This document shows, in pieces, positions 17,257 to 26,197 of a stretch of DNA of 37,258 nucleotides; within the stretch, counting starts at the first letter, position 1, and the number at the start of each line of letters is the position of its first letter. This DNA is from an uncultured Sulfurimonas sp. (GTDB lineage Bacteria > Campylobacterota > Campylobacteria > Campylobacterales > Sulfurimonadaceae). Both the position numbers and the translations under genes were made by a program. The stretch lies in assembly GCA_964646705.1 (NCBI GenBank), contig CAZYEW010000008.1, positions 1 through 37,258 of the forward strand, written 5' to 3'. The notes under the pieces are model-generated. The model worked only from the letters and a program-made list of their open reading frames with translations, was not told the origin of the DNA and made no database searches.

Positions 17257-19860
17257 TCAGAAGAGGTTGGCGTTCTGGTCGATCCACTTGAGGTATTCGA
17301 TGATATCGTCGGTCTCTTCCTCGGTCATGCCCTGGTTGGGCATGCGGAGGTTGAAGTACTGCGTCATCGACTTGATGTACGGATTGTCGTACATTTTTTC
17401 CGGATGCATGATCCACTGTTTGACCCACTGCTCGCCGTTTTCGTGGCGCTGAAGGACGCCGACGAGGTCCGGACCGGAACTGACTTTGCCGATTACGTGG
17501 CAGCCGTTACATCCGCCTTCGAGGTAGGCGGCGTGTCCGCGCTGTGCAGCTTCGCTCATCGGGGTGGCGATTTTCTTGATCAGCAGATCGCGGGCCCGGA
17601 TACCGACATCGGCCGTTTTGACCATGTACTGCCAGATCATGTTTTCGAACAGAATCGCTTTTTCGAGGTCGCCCGCTTTGTAGGCGGCATCGGCCTGCTT
17701 TTTCTGCTCGGGGATTTTTCCGTACTGGTCGAGCGCATCTTCGACGAGCGCTTTGACGGTCGGATAGCGCTCGTAATGGTTCTCTTTAAGGAACTTCACG
17801 ACGCTTTGAATGACGGCATCGGTCGCGTTGTTGGTCGCGACGGTCTTGTCGTATTCGGCTTTGAGCTGCTCGGGCGACATCTTGGCCATTTTCAATTTCT
17901 GCGCGGAGACATATTTTTTGTTGGGATCTTTGACCATCAGGTAACCCATCATCTCCAGGTGCAGGGCCGAACAGAACTCGGTACAGTAGTACGGGAAGAC
18001 GCCTTCGCGGTCGGCTTTGAACGTCAGTGCCACGGTTTTGCCGGGTTCGAGCGAGGCGTGGATGTTGTACTGGTCAAGCGTGAAGCCGTGCGTTTCGTCT
18101 TCGGCGCGTTCGAGGTTGGTCAAATAGAACGTGACCGTATCGCCGAGGTTGACGGTGACGTGCTCGGGGTTGATGTGCGAGCGTACCATCGTGCCGTAGA
18201 CATAAACGTGGTTGCCTTTGCGGACGATTTTTTCCTGCCCGGCAAGGGTTTTGCCGACATGGACTTTGCCCGTGAACGGATTGGTGCCCATTTTGTAGCG
18301 CACGTGCGTGTGCAGTTTGTCGGCACGGATCGCGACGGCCTGGTGCGGTTCGCCCAGCGGTACCGGCATGTCGTAGAGCAGCTGCATTTTTTTGCCGCTG
18401 ATGTCGATAAGCTGGTGGTTCTGCGGATGCAGGGGCCCGATTTCGTTGAAGCGGTCGATCGCCAGTTTGTTCAGCGCGATGATGTAGTCGCCTTGCGGAT
18501 CTTCGGTTTTGCCTTCCATGCCGCAGAGGTGACCGATGTTGTAGTTGACGTTCTGGCGGTCTTCGACTTTACAGGTCAGGTAGTTCCATTTGACGACCTG
18601 GCTGTCGACGTACAGCGAGGTGTAGATCTCGCCCTGGTCTTTCCAGTGTTTGCCGTATTGGTTGTGCAAGGGCCCGAGGCCGAGTTCGGCCTGGCAGTGT
18701 GCGGCTTTTTTCATGTCGAGAATCGGAATGCCGTAAGGATCCTTGCCTGCGTATTCGTGTTTCTTGATAAGGTTCTGAATCGCGTCCCAGCTGTAGACGG
18801 TCGCATGGGTATCGAGTTTGCCGCAGACGACGATGTATTTGCCGTCGGGGCTGACGTCGACGCCGTGCGGCGATTTGGGTTCGGGGATCAGGAACAGGGC
18901 GTCGTTTTTGACGGCGACGTCGATCGGAATGACCTTGGCGCCGTTGATGATTTTGACGTTTTTGGGATCTTCGGCGAGTTTCGCCAGTTTTTTCCAGTTG
19001 TAGACGTGCAGAAAGTCCGTATCGTTACGGCTCATCCCCGCTTCGAACGGCGGCATACCCTTTTCGATACCGCCGGTGTACATTTCGGAGTTGAACGAGT
19101 TGGTGAACCCCCAGCCGTAGCAGGCTTCTTTCCCTGCATCGCTGAGGTCCTGCATATACGGCGGCATTTCGATCGTGAACGACTTGTCGGGCTCGATGCG
19201 TCCTTTGTCGTGGTTGAATTTCCATACCGTCACCCCGCCGCGGTAGGTCTCTTTGTACTCTTCGATGGGGTGGTAGTTGTTGTCGAACGGCGCGCCGTAT
19301 TGGCACGCTTCGAGGACGTACTCGCTGTTGGGCGTGAAAAAAGCCCCGCCGTGGTCGGATTTGAAGACCGGATTGACGACGATCTGTTTGGTGACGAAGT
19401 CGCCCAGGTCGATGACGGCGAGGCGCGGGTTGGCTTTGTCGTTGATGATGAGCCATTTGCCGTCGTAGCGGCCGTTGGTTTCGGAAATTGCCGGGTGGTG
19501 GGTGTCACCCCACGTGATTTTCTTGCCGCGGATATTTCCCTCGGCAAGTACTTTCTTGGTGTCGTCGTCGTAGCCCCAGCCCTGCCACGGCTCGGGCGTG
19601 AAGACGCCGATGTATTTCAGAATGCGCATCGACGGTACGCCGTACACCATGATCTGTCCGGACTGTCCGCCCGAACTGAAAACGATGTACTTGTCGCGTC
19701 CGCCGCTGGGCGTATAGGTCTTTGCCGCGGCCAGCAGATCCTGCTGGTTCAGGCCCCGTTCCTTCATCACTTTGTCAAGTTCCGAAGCACCGGAGGCCAT
19801 CGTGGCGCCGACCATCGTACCGATCGCTACCATGGATAGCTTTTTGACGATCGTACTCAT
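17257..19860 (-). CDS. nosZ: Clade II Sec-dependent nitrous oxide reductase with C-terminal cytochrome c domain (cNosZ)
   Basis: Start moved to ATG 19860. Sec-type signal without RR, DTHHP, DHG, PHG, GPLH, IGH, EPH CuZ histidines, CuA HG...CTEFCSALHLEM, C-terminal CNGCH...MP. Confidence 0.97.
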   Translation of the reverse strand: MSTIVKKLSMVAIGTMVGATMASGASELDKVMKERGLNQQDLLAAAKTYTPSGGRDKYIVFSSGGQSGQIMVYGVPSMRILKYIGVFTPEPWQGWGYDDDTKKVLAEGNIRGKKITWGDTHHPAISETNGRYDGKWLIINDKANPRLAVIDLGDFVTKQIVVNPVFKSDHGGAFFTPNSEYVLEACQYGAPFDNNYHPIEEYKETYRGGVTVWKFNHDKGRIEPDKSFTIEMPPYMQDLSDAGKEACYGWGFTNSFNSEMYTGGIEKGMPPFEAGMSRNDTDFLHVYNWKKLAKLAEDPKNVKIINGAKVIPIDVAVKNDALFLIPEPKSPHGVDVSPDGKYIVVCGKLDTHATVYSWDAIQNLIKKHEYAGKDPYGIPILDMKKAAHCQAELGLGPLHNQYGKHWKDQGEIYTSLYVDSQVVKWNYLTCKVEDRQNVNYNIGHLCGMEGKTEDPQGDYIIALNKLAIDRFNEIGPLHPQNHQLIDISGKKMQLLYDMPVPLGEPHQAVAIRADKLHTHVRYKMGTNPFTGKVHVGKTLAGQEKIVRKGNHVYVYGTMVRSHINPEHVTVNLGDTVTFYLTNLERAEDETHGFTLDQYNIHASLEPGKTVALTFKADREGVFPYYCTEFCSALHLEMMGYLMVKDPNKKYVSAQKLKMAKMSPEQLKAEYDKTVATNNATDAVIQSVVKFLKENHYERYPTVKALVEDALDQYGKIPEQKKQADAAYKAGDLEKAILFENMIWQYMVKTADVGIRARDLLIKKIATPMSEAAQRGHAAYLEGGCNGCHVIGKVSSGPDLVGVLQRHENGEQWVKQWIMHPEKMYDNPYIKSMTQYFNLRMPNQGMTEEETDDIIEYLKWIDQNANLF

Positions 19861-19936
19861 TGCTCCCCCTTTTTTAATCATAAAAATAGCAAGTTGAAAC
19901 GGCCCAAAAAGATCCGATTCAACTCCACCTTCTGCA

Positions 19937-19978
19937 ATCATAGTTAAATTAACGTTAAATGGGTTTGACCGAAGTCAA
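19937..19978 (-). promoter_or_regulatory. nosZ promoter: palindrome TTGAC-CGAA-GTCAA (19965-19978) plus -10 TATGAT (19942-19937)
   Basis: Perfect inverted repeat (extends to TTTGAC/GTCAAA); centre 19971.5 is 29.5 nt from the -10. Confidence 0.82.
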
Positions 19979-20013
19979 AATGTGATGTGAGAAACGATTG
20001 GAATCCTGTTGAT

Positions 20014-20055
20014 TTGCCCGATGTCAAGAAACGGTATTTCAAGATGCGTTACAAT
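20014..20055 (+). promoter_or_regulatory. PAS gene promoter: box TTGCC-CGAT-GTCAA (20014-20027) plus -10 TACAAT (20050-20055)
   Basis: One-mismatch box with centre 20020.5, again 29.5 nt from the -10. Confidence 0.65.
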
Positions 20056-20083
20056 GCACAAAACCGACGTAAAGGATACCGTG

Positions 20084-20608
20084 ATGCAGCGACCGACGCC
20101 CGTAGACGAAGAGATCGTGCTCGACAACACCAAATACATCGAAAGTGCGACCGACACGAAGGGAATCATTACCGATTGCAACGACTATTTCGCCGAAATT
20201 TCGGGATATGCCAAAGCCGAGCTGATCGGGAAACCGCACAGCATCGTACGCCACCCCGATATGCCGAAAATCGCGTTCAAACTGTTGTGGGACCGGATTC
20301 AGCACGGCCGCAATATCACTGCGGTGATCAAGAATCTTGCCAAAGACGGCCGTTACTACTGGGTTTTTACCCATTTTGAGATCGAACGCGACATCAACAC
20401 CAAAGAGATCACCGGCTACAAGGCCTACCGCAAAGCGGTTTCCAAATATATCAAGGCCGTGCTCGATCCGCTTTACAAGCGGCTTGTCGAAATCGAAAAA
20501 GAGGGCGGGATGGAAGCGAGCGAAAAAGCACTCGACGCATTTTTAAAAAGCGGCGGACCGGACGTGACCTTCGACAATTTGATGGAAGAGATCTACCGCT
20601 TCTATTAG
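20084..20608 (+). CDS. Stand-alone Aer/CetB-type PAS domain protein
   Basis: Start at ATG 20084 (or GTG 20081) after RBS AAAGGA. NDYFAEISGY, GKPHSIVRHPDMP, LW, KNLAKDGRYYWV motifs of flavin-binding Aer PAS; no TM or output domain. Confidence 0.88.
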   Translation: MQRPTPVDEEIVLDNTKYIESATDTKGIITDCNDYFAEISGYAKAELIGKPHSIVRHPDMPKIAFKLLWDRIQHGRNITAVIKNLAKDGRYYWVFTHFEIERDINTKEITGYKAYRKAVSKYIKAVLDPLYKRLVEIEKEGGMEASEKALDAFLKSGGPDVTFDNLMEEIYRFY

Positions 20609-20614
20609 AAACCT

Positions 20615-23600
20615 CTAAACGTTGTAGTACGTCGCTTCGGGATGGTGTACCACGATGGCGGAGGTGGACTGCTCGGGGTGGATCTGGAACGTTTCGCTCA
20701 GTTCGATGCCGAACTCTTCGGGATGCAGCAGGTCGAACAGGGGGCGGTTGAGTTCGAGATCGGGACAGGCCGGGTAGCCGAAGCTGTAGCGCGCACCGCG
20801 GTAGCGGTTCATGCGCACGTCCGCAAGTGTCGGCCCTTCGCCTTCGGCGATGTTGAGATCGAGCCGGATCTGTTTATGGGCGATTTCCGCCAGGGCCTCG
20901 GCCAGTTCGACGCCCAGCCCGTGCACCTGATAATATTCGGTGTATTTGCCGGCGTCGTAAAGGGTGCGTTCGTAGTCGCTGATGCGGCTGCCCGCACTGA
21001 CGCAGGTCAGCGCCACGACATCGTGGCGGTCGGGGCGAAAAAAGTCGCTTAGCGCACGGTGGGGCTTTTTGCGCTGGCGCGGAAAGGTAAATTCGGCTTC
21101 GGCACGCCCGATGATCTGTTCGAGCGGTTCGTGGTTGGCGTCGCTTTCGCTGTGAAAGCCTTCGGTTTCGCCGAAAACGAGCAGGGTCGTGTCGTCGCTG
21201 CGGCAGGGCCAGTAGCCGTAAAGCACCGTCGGCTCGAAAAGCCCTTCGTCGAGAAACTGCGCTTTGAGGCGCTCGTAGGCAGGCCACACCACCTCGTCGA
21301 GCTGTTTTTCGTAGGCGGCTTTGTCCATGCCCTTGGAACCGTATCCCCAGCGCTGCTTGAAGAGCATTTTGTGGTTGATCCACTCGAAGGCGAGCGCTTT
21401 TTGCGCGTCGCTGAGTTCGAGGACGCGCCGCCCCCAAAACGGCGGTACGGGAATGCGCACGTCGCGTGAAGGCATTTTGATCTGATCGAACGGCGGAATG
21501 ACGACGGGCTGCTGCGCTTTTTTTTCATCCTTTTCCGGGGCGTCGGGGTGCAGGTTGGTATCCATATTGCCCGCTTCGATGCGGCTCATGGCGGTCACGC
21601 CGTCGAAGGCGTCTTTGCAGTAAAAAATCGGCCCGTCGTAGATCGGGCGGCAGTACTCTTCGATAAAGCTGCGCGTCAGGGCCGCGCCGCCGAGCAGGAC
21701 GGGGACGGTGATGCCCGCTTTTTGCATCGCTTCGAGGTTCTCTTTCATCACCTGCGTCGATTTGACGAGCAGCCCGCTCATGCCGACGGCCTGGGCATTT
21801 TTCTCTTTGAGCGTCGCGAGAAAGTCGTCGAGTTCGACTTTGATACCGAGATTGACGACTTTATAGCCGTTGTTGGAGAGGATGATATCGACGAGGTTTT
21901 TGCCCACGTCGTGCACGTCGCCTTTGACGGTGCCGAGAATCAGTGTCGTATCGACCTCTTTTTCGACCTTGGGAAGGTAGGGTTTGAGGTGGTCGACGGC
22001 AGCTTTCATCGTTTCGGCGCTTTGCAAAACGAAGGGCAGCTGCATCTGGCCCGATCCGAAAAGCTCGCCGACGACCTTCATGGCGTCGATCAGGATTTCG
22101 TTGACGATGCGTTCGGGCGCGATCTCGTGCCGGGCGGCCTCGACAAGCGGTATCATGCGTTCTTTGTCGCCGTCGAGCAGCAGCTTGGCGATCTTCTCTT
22201 CGGTGCTCATGGCGTTGAAGGCTTCGTCTTCGGCCTCGGAATCGACGGCCTCTTTGGTGCTGAAATGCTCGATGAAATCGAACAGTGCCTGCCCGTCGGG
22301 CTTGCGGTCGAACAGGAGATTTTCGCAGACTTCGAGATCGTCGGGGCCGATTTTGTTCAGCGGAATGATATGTTTGACGTTGATGATGACCGAGGTGAGC
22401 CCGGCTTCGATACAGTGGTGCAAAAAGACCGAGTTGAGGTAGGGCCGGGCATCTTTGTCCAGGCCGAACGAGATGTTCGAGAGGCCGAGGATGGCGCCGA
22501 CTTCGGGATGGCGCCGCCGCAGTTCGCGAATGGCTTCGATCGTCTGCACCGCCGCGTCGCGGTATTCTTCGTCGCCGCTGCCGACGGTAAACGTCAGCAC
22601 GTCGAACACGAGATCGCGCGGATCGATGCCGTGTTTTTGCGTGGCAAGCTCGTAAATGCGCTCGGCGACTTCGAGTTTGCGTTCGACGGTCTTGGCCATC
22701 CCCTGTTCGTCGATCGTCAGGCAGACCAGGGCCGTACCGTACTTTTTGGCCAAAGCACAGACCGTATCGAATTTTTCGATGCCGTCTTCGAGGTTGACGG
22801 AGTTGATGATCGGCTTGCCGCCGATATGTTTGAGCGCCGTTTCCAAAGCGGCCGTCTGGGTCGAGTCGGGCATGAGCGGCAACGGGATTTTCTGCGCGTA
22901 GCGGCTCATCACTTCGTTCATGTCCTTGGTCTCGTCGCGGCCGGCGAAACCGACGGAGACGTCGAGCACGTGTGCACCTGCGCGCACCTGCTGCTGGCCG
23001 ACGCTCAGCGTGCCTTCGTAGTCTTCGGCAAGCAGGAGTTCGCGAAAGGCTTTCGACCCCGTGGCGTTGGCGCGTTCGCCCACGAGCAGGGGGGCGGGTT
23101 CTTGCATCAGCGGTACCGATCCGAACAGCGAGGCCAGCGCTTTGGGCTGCGAGCCCGAGGGCGGTTTGGGCACGATGCCGCGCACGGCATCGGCAAGCGC
23201 CTTGATGTGCTGAGGCGTGGTGCCGCAGCATCCGCCGAGAAAACTGACGCCGTCGTATTCGAGAAAGCTTGTCTGAAGGCGGGTGAACTCTTCGGGGCCC
23301 ATCGGGTAGTAGGTGAAGCCGCCGCGGTTTTGCGGCAGTCCGGCGTTGGCGTGGATCGAGATCGGCTTGCCCCAGACCTCGCTGAGGACCTTGACGTGCT
23401 TGGCGTACTGTTCGGGGCCGGTGCCGCAGTTGAAGCCCAGCGAGAGAATGTCGAAGGGCTCCATAATGACCGCAAGCGTCTGCGCGTCGGTGCCGATCAG
23501 CATCGTACCCGAGAGTTCGATCGTGCCCGAGACCATGACGGGCACTTCGGTCCCGCAGGCGCGGTTGGCCGCGTCGCAGGCGTGCAGGGCGGCTTTGATC

Positions 23601-24106
23601 TGCAGGGGGTCCTGGCAGGTTTCGAGTAAAAAGACGTCGCAGCCGCCGTCGATAAGCCCGCGCGCACACTCGGTGTAGCCGGCGAGCATATCGTCGTAGG
23701 CGATGTGCCCGAGCGAGGGCAGTTTGGTGCCCGGGCCGATCGAGCCGAGCACGTAGCGCGGCCATTCGGGGGTGGCGAAACGGTCGCACATCTCCTTGAC
23801 GCGTTCGGCCCCGGCTTTCGCCAGTTCGTAGGCGCGGTGGCCGATGCCGTAGTCGTCGAGGACCCAGGAAAAGGCCCCGAAGGTGTTGGTCGTGACGAGA
23901 TCGGCGCCGGCGTTGAGGTAGGCGTGGAAAATTTCGCGCATGATGTCGGGGGCGGTCACGTTGAGCAGTTCGTTGCACCCTTCGTTGCCTTCCCACGCTT
24001 CGGCGGGAATACGGTCGTAGCGCTGCTGCAGCTGGGTACCCATGGCACCGTCGATGATGAGCGGACGGGTTTTTATCGTGTCGAGAATCTGTTGTTTGAC
24101 GGACAT
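20615..24106 (-). CDS. metH: Cobalamin-dependent methionine synthase
   Basis: DGAMGT, NCGTG and GGCCG Zn ligands, pterin domain GERANATGS, B12 motif GDVHDVGKN, C-terminal RYSFGYPACP. Possible -10 TAAAAT at 24133-24128. Confidence 0.96.
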   Translation of the reverse strand: MSVKQQILDTIKTRPLIIDGAMGTQLQQRYDRIPAEAWEGNEGCNELLNVTAPDIMREIFHAYLNAGADLVTTNTFGAFSWVLDDYGIGHRAYELAKAGAERVKEMCDRFATPEWPRYVLGSIGPGTKLPSLGHIAYDDMLAGYTECARGLIDGGCDVFLLETCQDPLQIKAALHACDAANRACGTEVPVMVSGTIELSGTMLIGTDAQTLAVIMEPFDILSLGFNCGTGPEQYAKHVKVLSEVWGKPISIHANAGLPQNRGGFTYYPMGPEEFTRLQTSFLEYDGVSFLGGCCGTTPQHIKALADAVRGIVPKPPSGSQPKALASLFGSVPLMQEPAPLLVGERANATGSKAFRELLLAEDYEGTLSVGQQQVRAGAHVLDVSVGFAGRDETKDMNEVMSRYAQKIPLPLMPDSTQTAALETALKHIGGKPIINSVNLEDGIEKFDTVCALAKKYGTALVCLTIDEQGMAKTVERKLEVAERIYELATQKHGIDPRDLVFDVLTFTVGSGDEEYRDAAVQTIEAIRELRRRHPEVGAILGLSNISFGLDKDARPYLNSVFLHHCIEAGLTSVIINVKHIIPLNKIGPDDLEVCENLLFDRKPDGQALFDFIEHFSTKEAVDSEAEDEAFNAMSTEEKIAKLLLDGDKERMIPLVEAARHEIAPERIVNEILIDAMKVVGELFGSGQMQLPFVLQSAETMKAAVDHLKPYLPKVEKEVDTTLILGTVKGDVHDVGKNLVDIILSNNGYKVVNLGIKVELDDFLATLKEKNAQAVGMSGLLVKSTQVMKENLEAMQKAGITVPVLLGGAALTRSFIEEYCRPIYDGPIFYCKDAFDGVTAMSRIEAGNMDTNLHPDAPEKDEKKAQQPVVIPPFDQIKMPSRDVRIPVPPFWGRRVLELSDAQKALAFEWINHKMLFKQRWGYGSKGMDKAAYEKQLDEVVWPAYERLKAQFLDEGLFEPTVLYGYWPCRSDDTTLLVFGETEGFHSESDANHEPLEQIIGRAEAEFTFPRQRKKPHRALSDFFRPDRHDVVALTCVSAGSRISDYERTLYDAGKYTEYYQVHGLGVELAEALAEIAHKQIRLDLNIAEGEGPTLADVRMNRYRGARYSFGYPACPDLELNRPLFDLLHPEEFGIELSETFQIHPEQSTSAIVVHHPEATYYNV

Positions 24107-24182
24107 GGCAGGCTTTTTTTAAGCGCCATTTTATCCTACGGGAACATAAAAGGGGATGAGGTCGGGCGAATGAAACGCGCTT

Positions 24183-24305
24183 CTAAGCGTGCGGATTTTT
24201 TTTGGATGGGCCTTCGATCATCCATGCCGTGGCGGGGTGTTTTTTGAGGCGTTTGAATTTGCATTTTTCCGCCGTGTTCATACGGTGTTTCGTTTTGCTG
24301 GCCAT
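24183..24305 (-). CDS. Putative small basic protein (40 aa), below the ORF-track cutoff
   Basis: AAGGAG 8 nt before ATG 24305; MASKTKHRMNTAEKCKFKRLKKHPATAWMIEGPSKKNPHA, TAG at 24185-24183. Confidence 0.5.
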   Translation of the reverse strand: MASKTKHRMNTAEKCKFKRLKKHPATAWMIEGPSKKNPHA

Positions 24306-24457
24306 GGGCCGTGCTCCTTGAATTTCGATGCGTCGAAAACGACGGTGAAAGTATCGCCTGCAACGATTACCGTACCGTTACGAAACGGCCACGCAAAGGC
24401 CGCTAACCTCTTCGTAAACTCCAACACGCTAAAATGGCGAAAAAATCAGGGGGCGCA

Positions 24458-25009
24458 ATGAAAGTATCACTCTCGCAGGTACCGCACATCGCCGACCGGG
24501 TGGCCGTCGAACTGGCCCGCAGCGGTCTGGTGAGTATGACGCAGGGGATGGAGCCTATCGCCGCCGCAGCGAAAAACGTGCTCGAAGCCAACGTCAAAAA
24601 AGAGGCCGCACTCGAAGCGCGGGTCAAAGAGATCGTTAGCGAAAACGAAGACGAGATCGACTTCTACCAGGCCGACGACCGCCAGCTGTTTTTCATGATC
24701 AAGAAAAAACTCGCACCCGAATACGGGGTGATTTTGTCGTACGAAGACCGTTTTTCGGACCTTGCCCACCAGATTCTCGACGCCATTTACGAAGAAGACC
24801 TTGTCAACTACGACGTCAGCGAAAACCGCATCAAAAATATCATCTACGACGCGATCACCGGGTTTATCGCCGACAACGACGAAATCGAAAAAGCTGTCAT
24901 CGAGAAGATGCGCAGTTTTCAAAAACAGCTTATCCCCGGCACCGACGAATACGAAATTCGCTACGAAAAGCTCTATCGCGAGGAGCTGGCACGCAGGGGT
25001 CAGGCATGA
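24458..25009 (+). CDS. DUF507 family protein
   Basis: Start moved to ATG 24458 (AGGGGG RBS; TAAAAT -10 at 24430-24435 overlaps the earlier ATG). LFFMIKKKLA, IPGTDEYE motifs; precedes carA. Confidence 0.8.
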   Translation: MKVSLSQVPHIADRVAVELARSGLVSMTQGMEPIAAAAKNVLEANVKKEAALEARVKEIVSENEDEIDFYQADDRQLFFMIKKKLAPEYGVILSYEDRFSDLAHQILDAIYEEDLVNYDVSENRIKNIIYDAITGFIADNDEIEKAVIEKMRSFQKQLIPGTDEYEIRYEKLYREELARRGQA

Positions 25010-26148
25010 AAAAGGCATGGATCTACCTTGAAAACGGCACGCTGATCGAGGCTGAAAGTTTCGGCGCGGACACGACGGCGGTCGGCGAAATCGTTTTCAA
25101 CACGTCGATGAGCGGTTATCAGGAGATCGTGACCGACCCGTCGTACGCGGGGCAGTTCGTGACGTTCACGATGCCCGAGATCGGCAACGTCGGCGCCAAC
25201 GCCGAAGATATGGAGAGCCGCGGCGCCTTTGCCAAAGGCATTTTGGTGCGGCAGTACCAGAGCCGTCCGTCGAATTTTCGCAGCGAAGAGCCGCTTGATG
25301 CCCTGCTCAAACGCTTCGGAGTGATGGGGATCTGCAACATCGACACGCGCTACCTGACGAAAACGCTGCGCCGCGAAGGGGCGATGATGATGGTCGCTTC
25401 GACCGAAATTTCGGACAAAGAAGCACTGAAAAAGGTCCTGGAAACTTCGCCGCGTATCGAAGAAGTCAATTACATCGAGCAGGTCAGCACCAAAGCACCC
25501 TACCGCCACGAAACCGGAACGTACGACGCGACGGCGATGCGTTACCGTGAAGCACCCGCGGCCAAAGCGAGAATCGTCGCGGTCGATTTCGGCGTCAAGC
25601 GCAACATTCTCAACGAACTGACGCAGGCGGGTATTTCGGTCGAGGTCGTTCCCAACGATATCGACGCCGATGCTCTGATCGCGCGCTACGAAGCGGGCGA
25701 GATCGACGGGGTGTTTCTCTCCAACGGGCCCGGCGATCCGCTCGTACTCGAAAAAGAGCGTGCGGCGGTTAAAAAACTGATTAATGCGAAAGTGCCGATG
25801 TTCGGTATCTGCCTGGGGCATCAGCTGCTGTCGATTGCGCACGGCTACGAAACGTACAAACTGCGTTTCGGGCATCACGGCGGCAACCATCCGGTCAAAA
25901 ACGCCGCCACCGGTGCGGTCGAAATCACGGCACAGAACCATAACTATAACGTTCCCGACGAAATTACGCAGATTGCCGAGGTGACGCACGTCAATCTCTT
26001 CGACGGCACGATCGAAGGCCTGCGCTACAAAGACGCCCCGATCTTTTCGGTACAGCACCACCCCGAAGCGAGCCCGGGGCCCAAAGACAGCGAATACGTT
26101 TTCGGTGAATTCCTCAAGATGATTCGCCGTGCCGACGCCGCCGTTTAA
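25006..26148 (+). CDS. carA: Carbamoyl-phosphate synthase small subunit
   Basis: GEIVFNTSMSGYQE..TDPSY, LSNGPGDP, GICLGHQ, QNHNY, QHHPEASPGP. Confidence 0.97.
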   Translation: MKKAWIYLENGTLIEAESFGADTTAVGEIVFNTSMSGYQEIVTDPSYAGQFVTFTMPEIGNVGANAEDMESRGAFAKGILVRQYQSRPSNFRSEEPLDALLKRFGVMGICNIDTRYLTKTLRREGAMMMVASTEISDKEALKKVLETSPRIEEVNYIEQVSTKAPYRHETGTYDATAMRYREAPAAKARIVAVDFGVKRNILNELTQAGISVEVVPNDIDADALIARYEAGEIDGVFLSNGPGDPLVLEKERAAVKKLINAKVPMFGICLGHQLLSIAHGYETYKLRFGHHGGNHPVKNAATGAVEITAQNHNYNVPDEITQIAEVTHVNLFDGTIEGLRYKDAPIFSVQHHPEASPGPKDSEYVFGEFLKMIRRADAAV

Positions 26149-26197
26149 CGTTGGCGTAACGCGGCGGCGCTAAACTGTCGCCAAAAACGGAGAAAGC

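Noticed and set aside
17164-19839. 891-aa + strand ORF, and similar long overlapping ORFs (7193-8542, 21548-23629, 21861-23996, 27229-28752, 35244-37007)
   Set aside because: They shadow well-supported genes, have no recognisable motifs, and are expected from high GC3 codon bias.
20009-20083. Longer N-termini given by the ORF track (PAS gene, also 1911, 4591, 8173, 12882, 15239, 19941, 24434, 27127)
   Set aside because: The extensions overlap promoters or neighbouring genes; downstream starts have RBSs and family-typical N-termini.
24107-24457. Cobalamin or SAM riboswitch upstream of metH
   Set aside because: No B12-box or SAM-I core recognisable; the space is better explained by a small ORF and two -10 elements.
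25006-26148. carA without adjacent carB
   Set aside because: Separation of carA and carB is usual in Campylobacterota, as I recall; not unusual.
26136-26169. CGCCGCCG/CGGCGGCG hairpin over the carA stop as a terminator
   Set aside because: Long loop, no U-tract, low-complexity GC arms that arise easily by chance.
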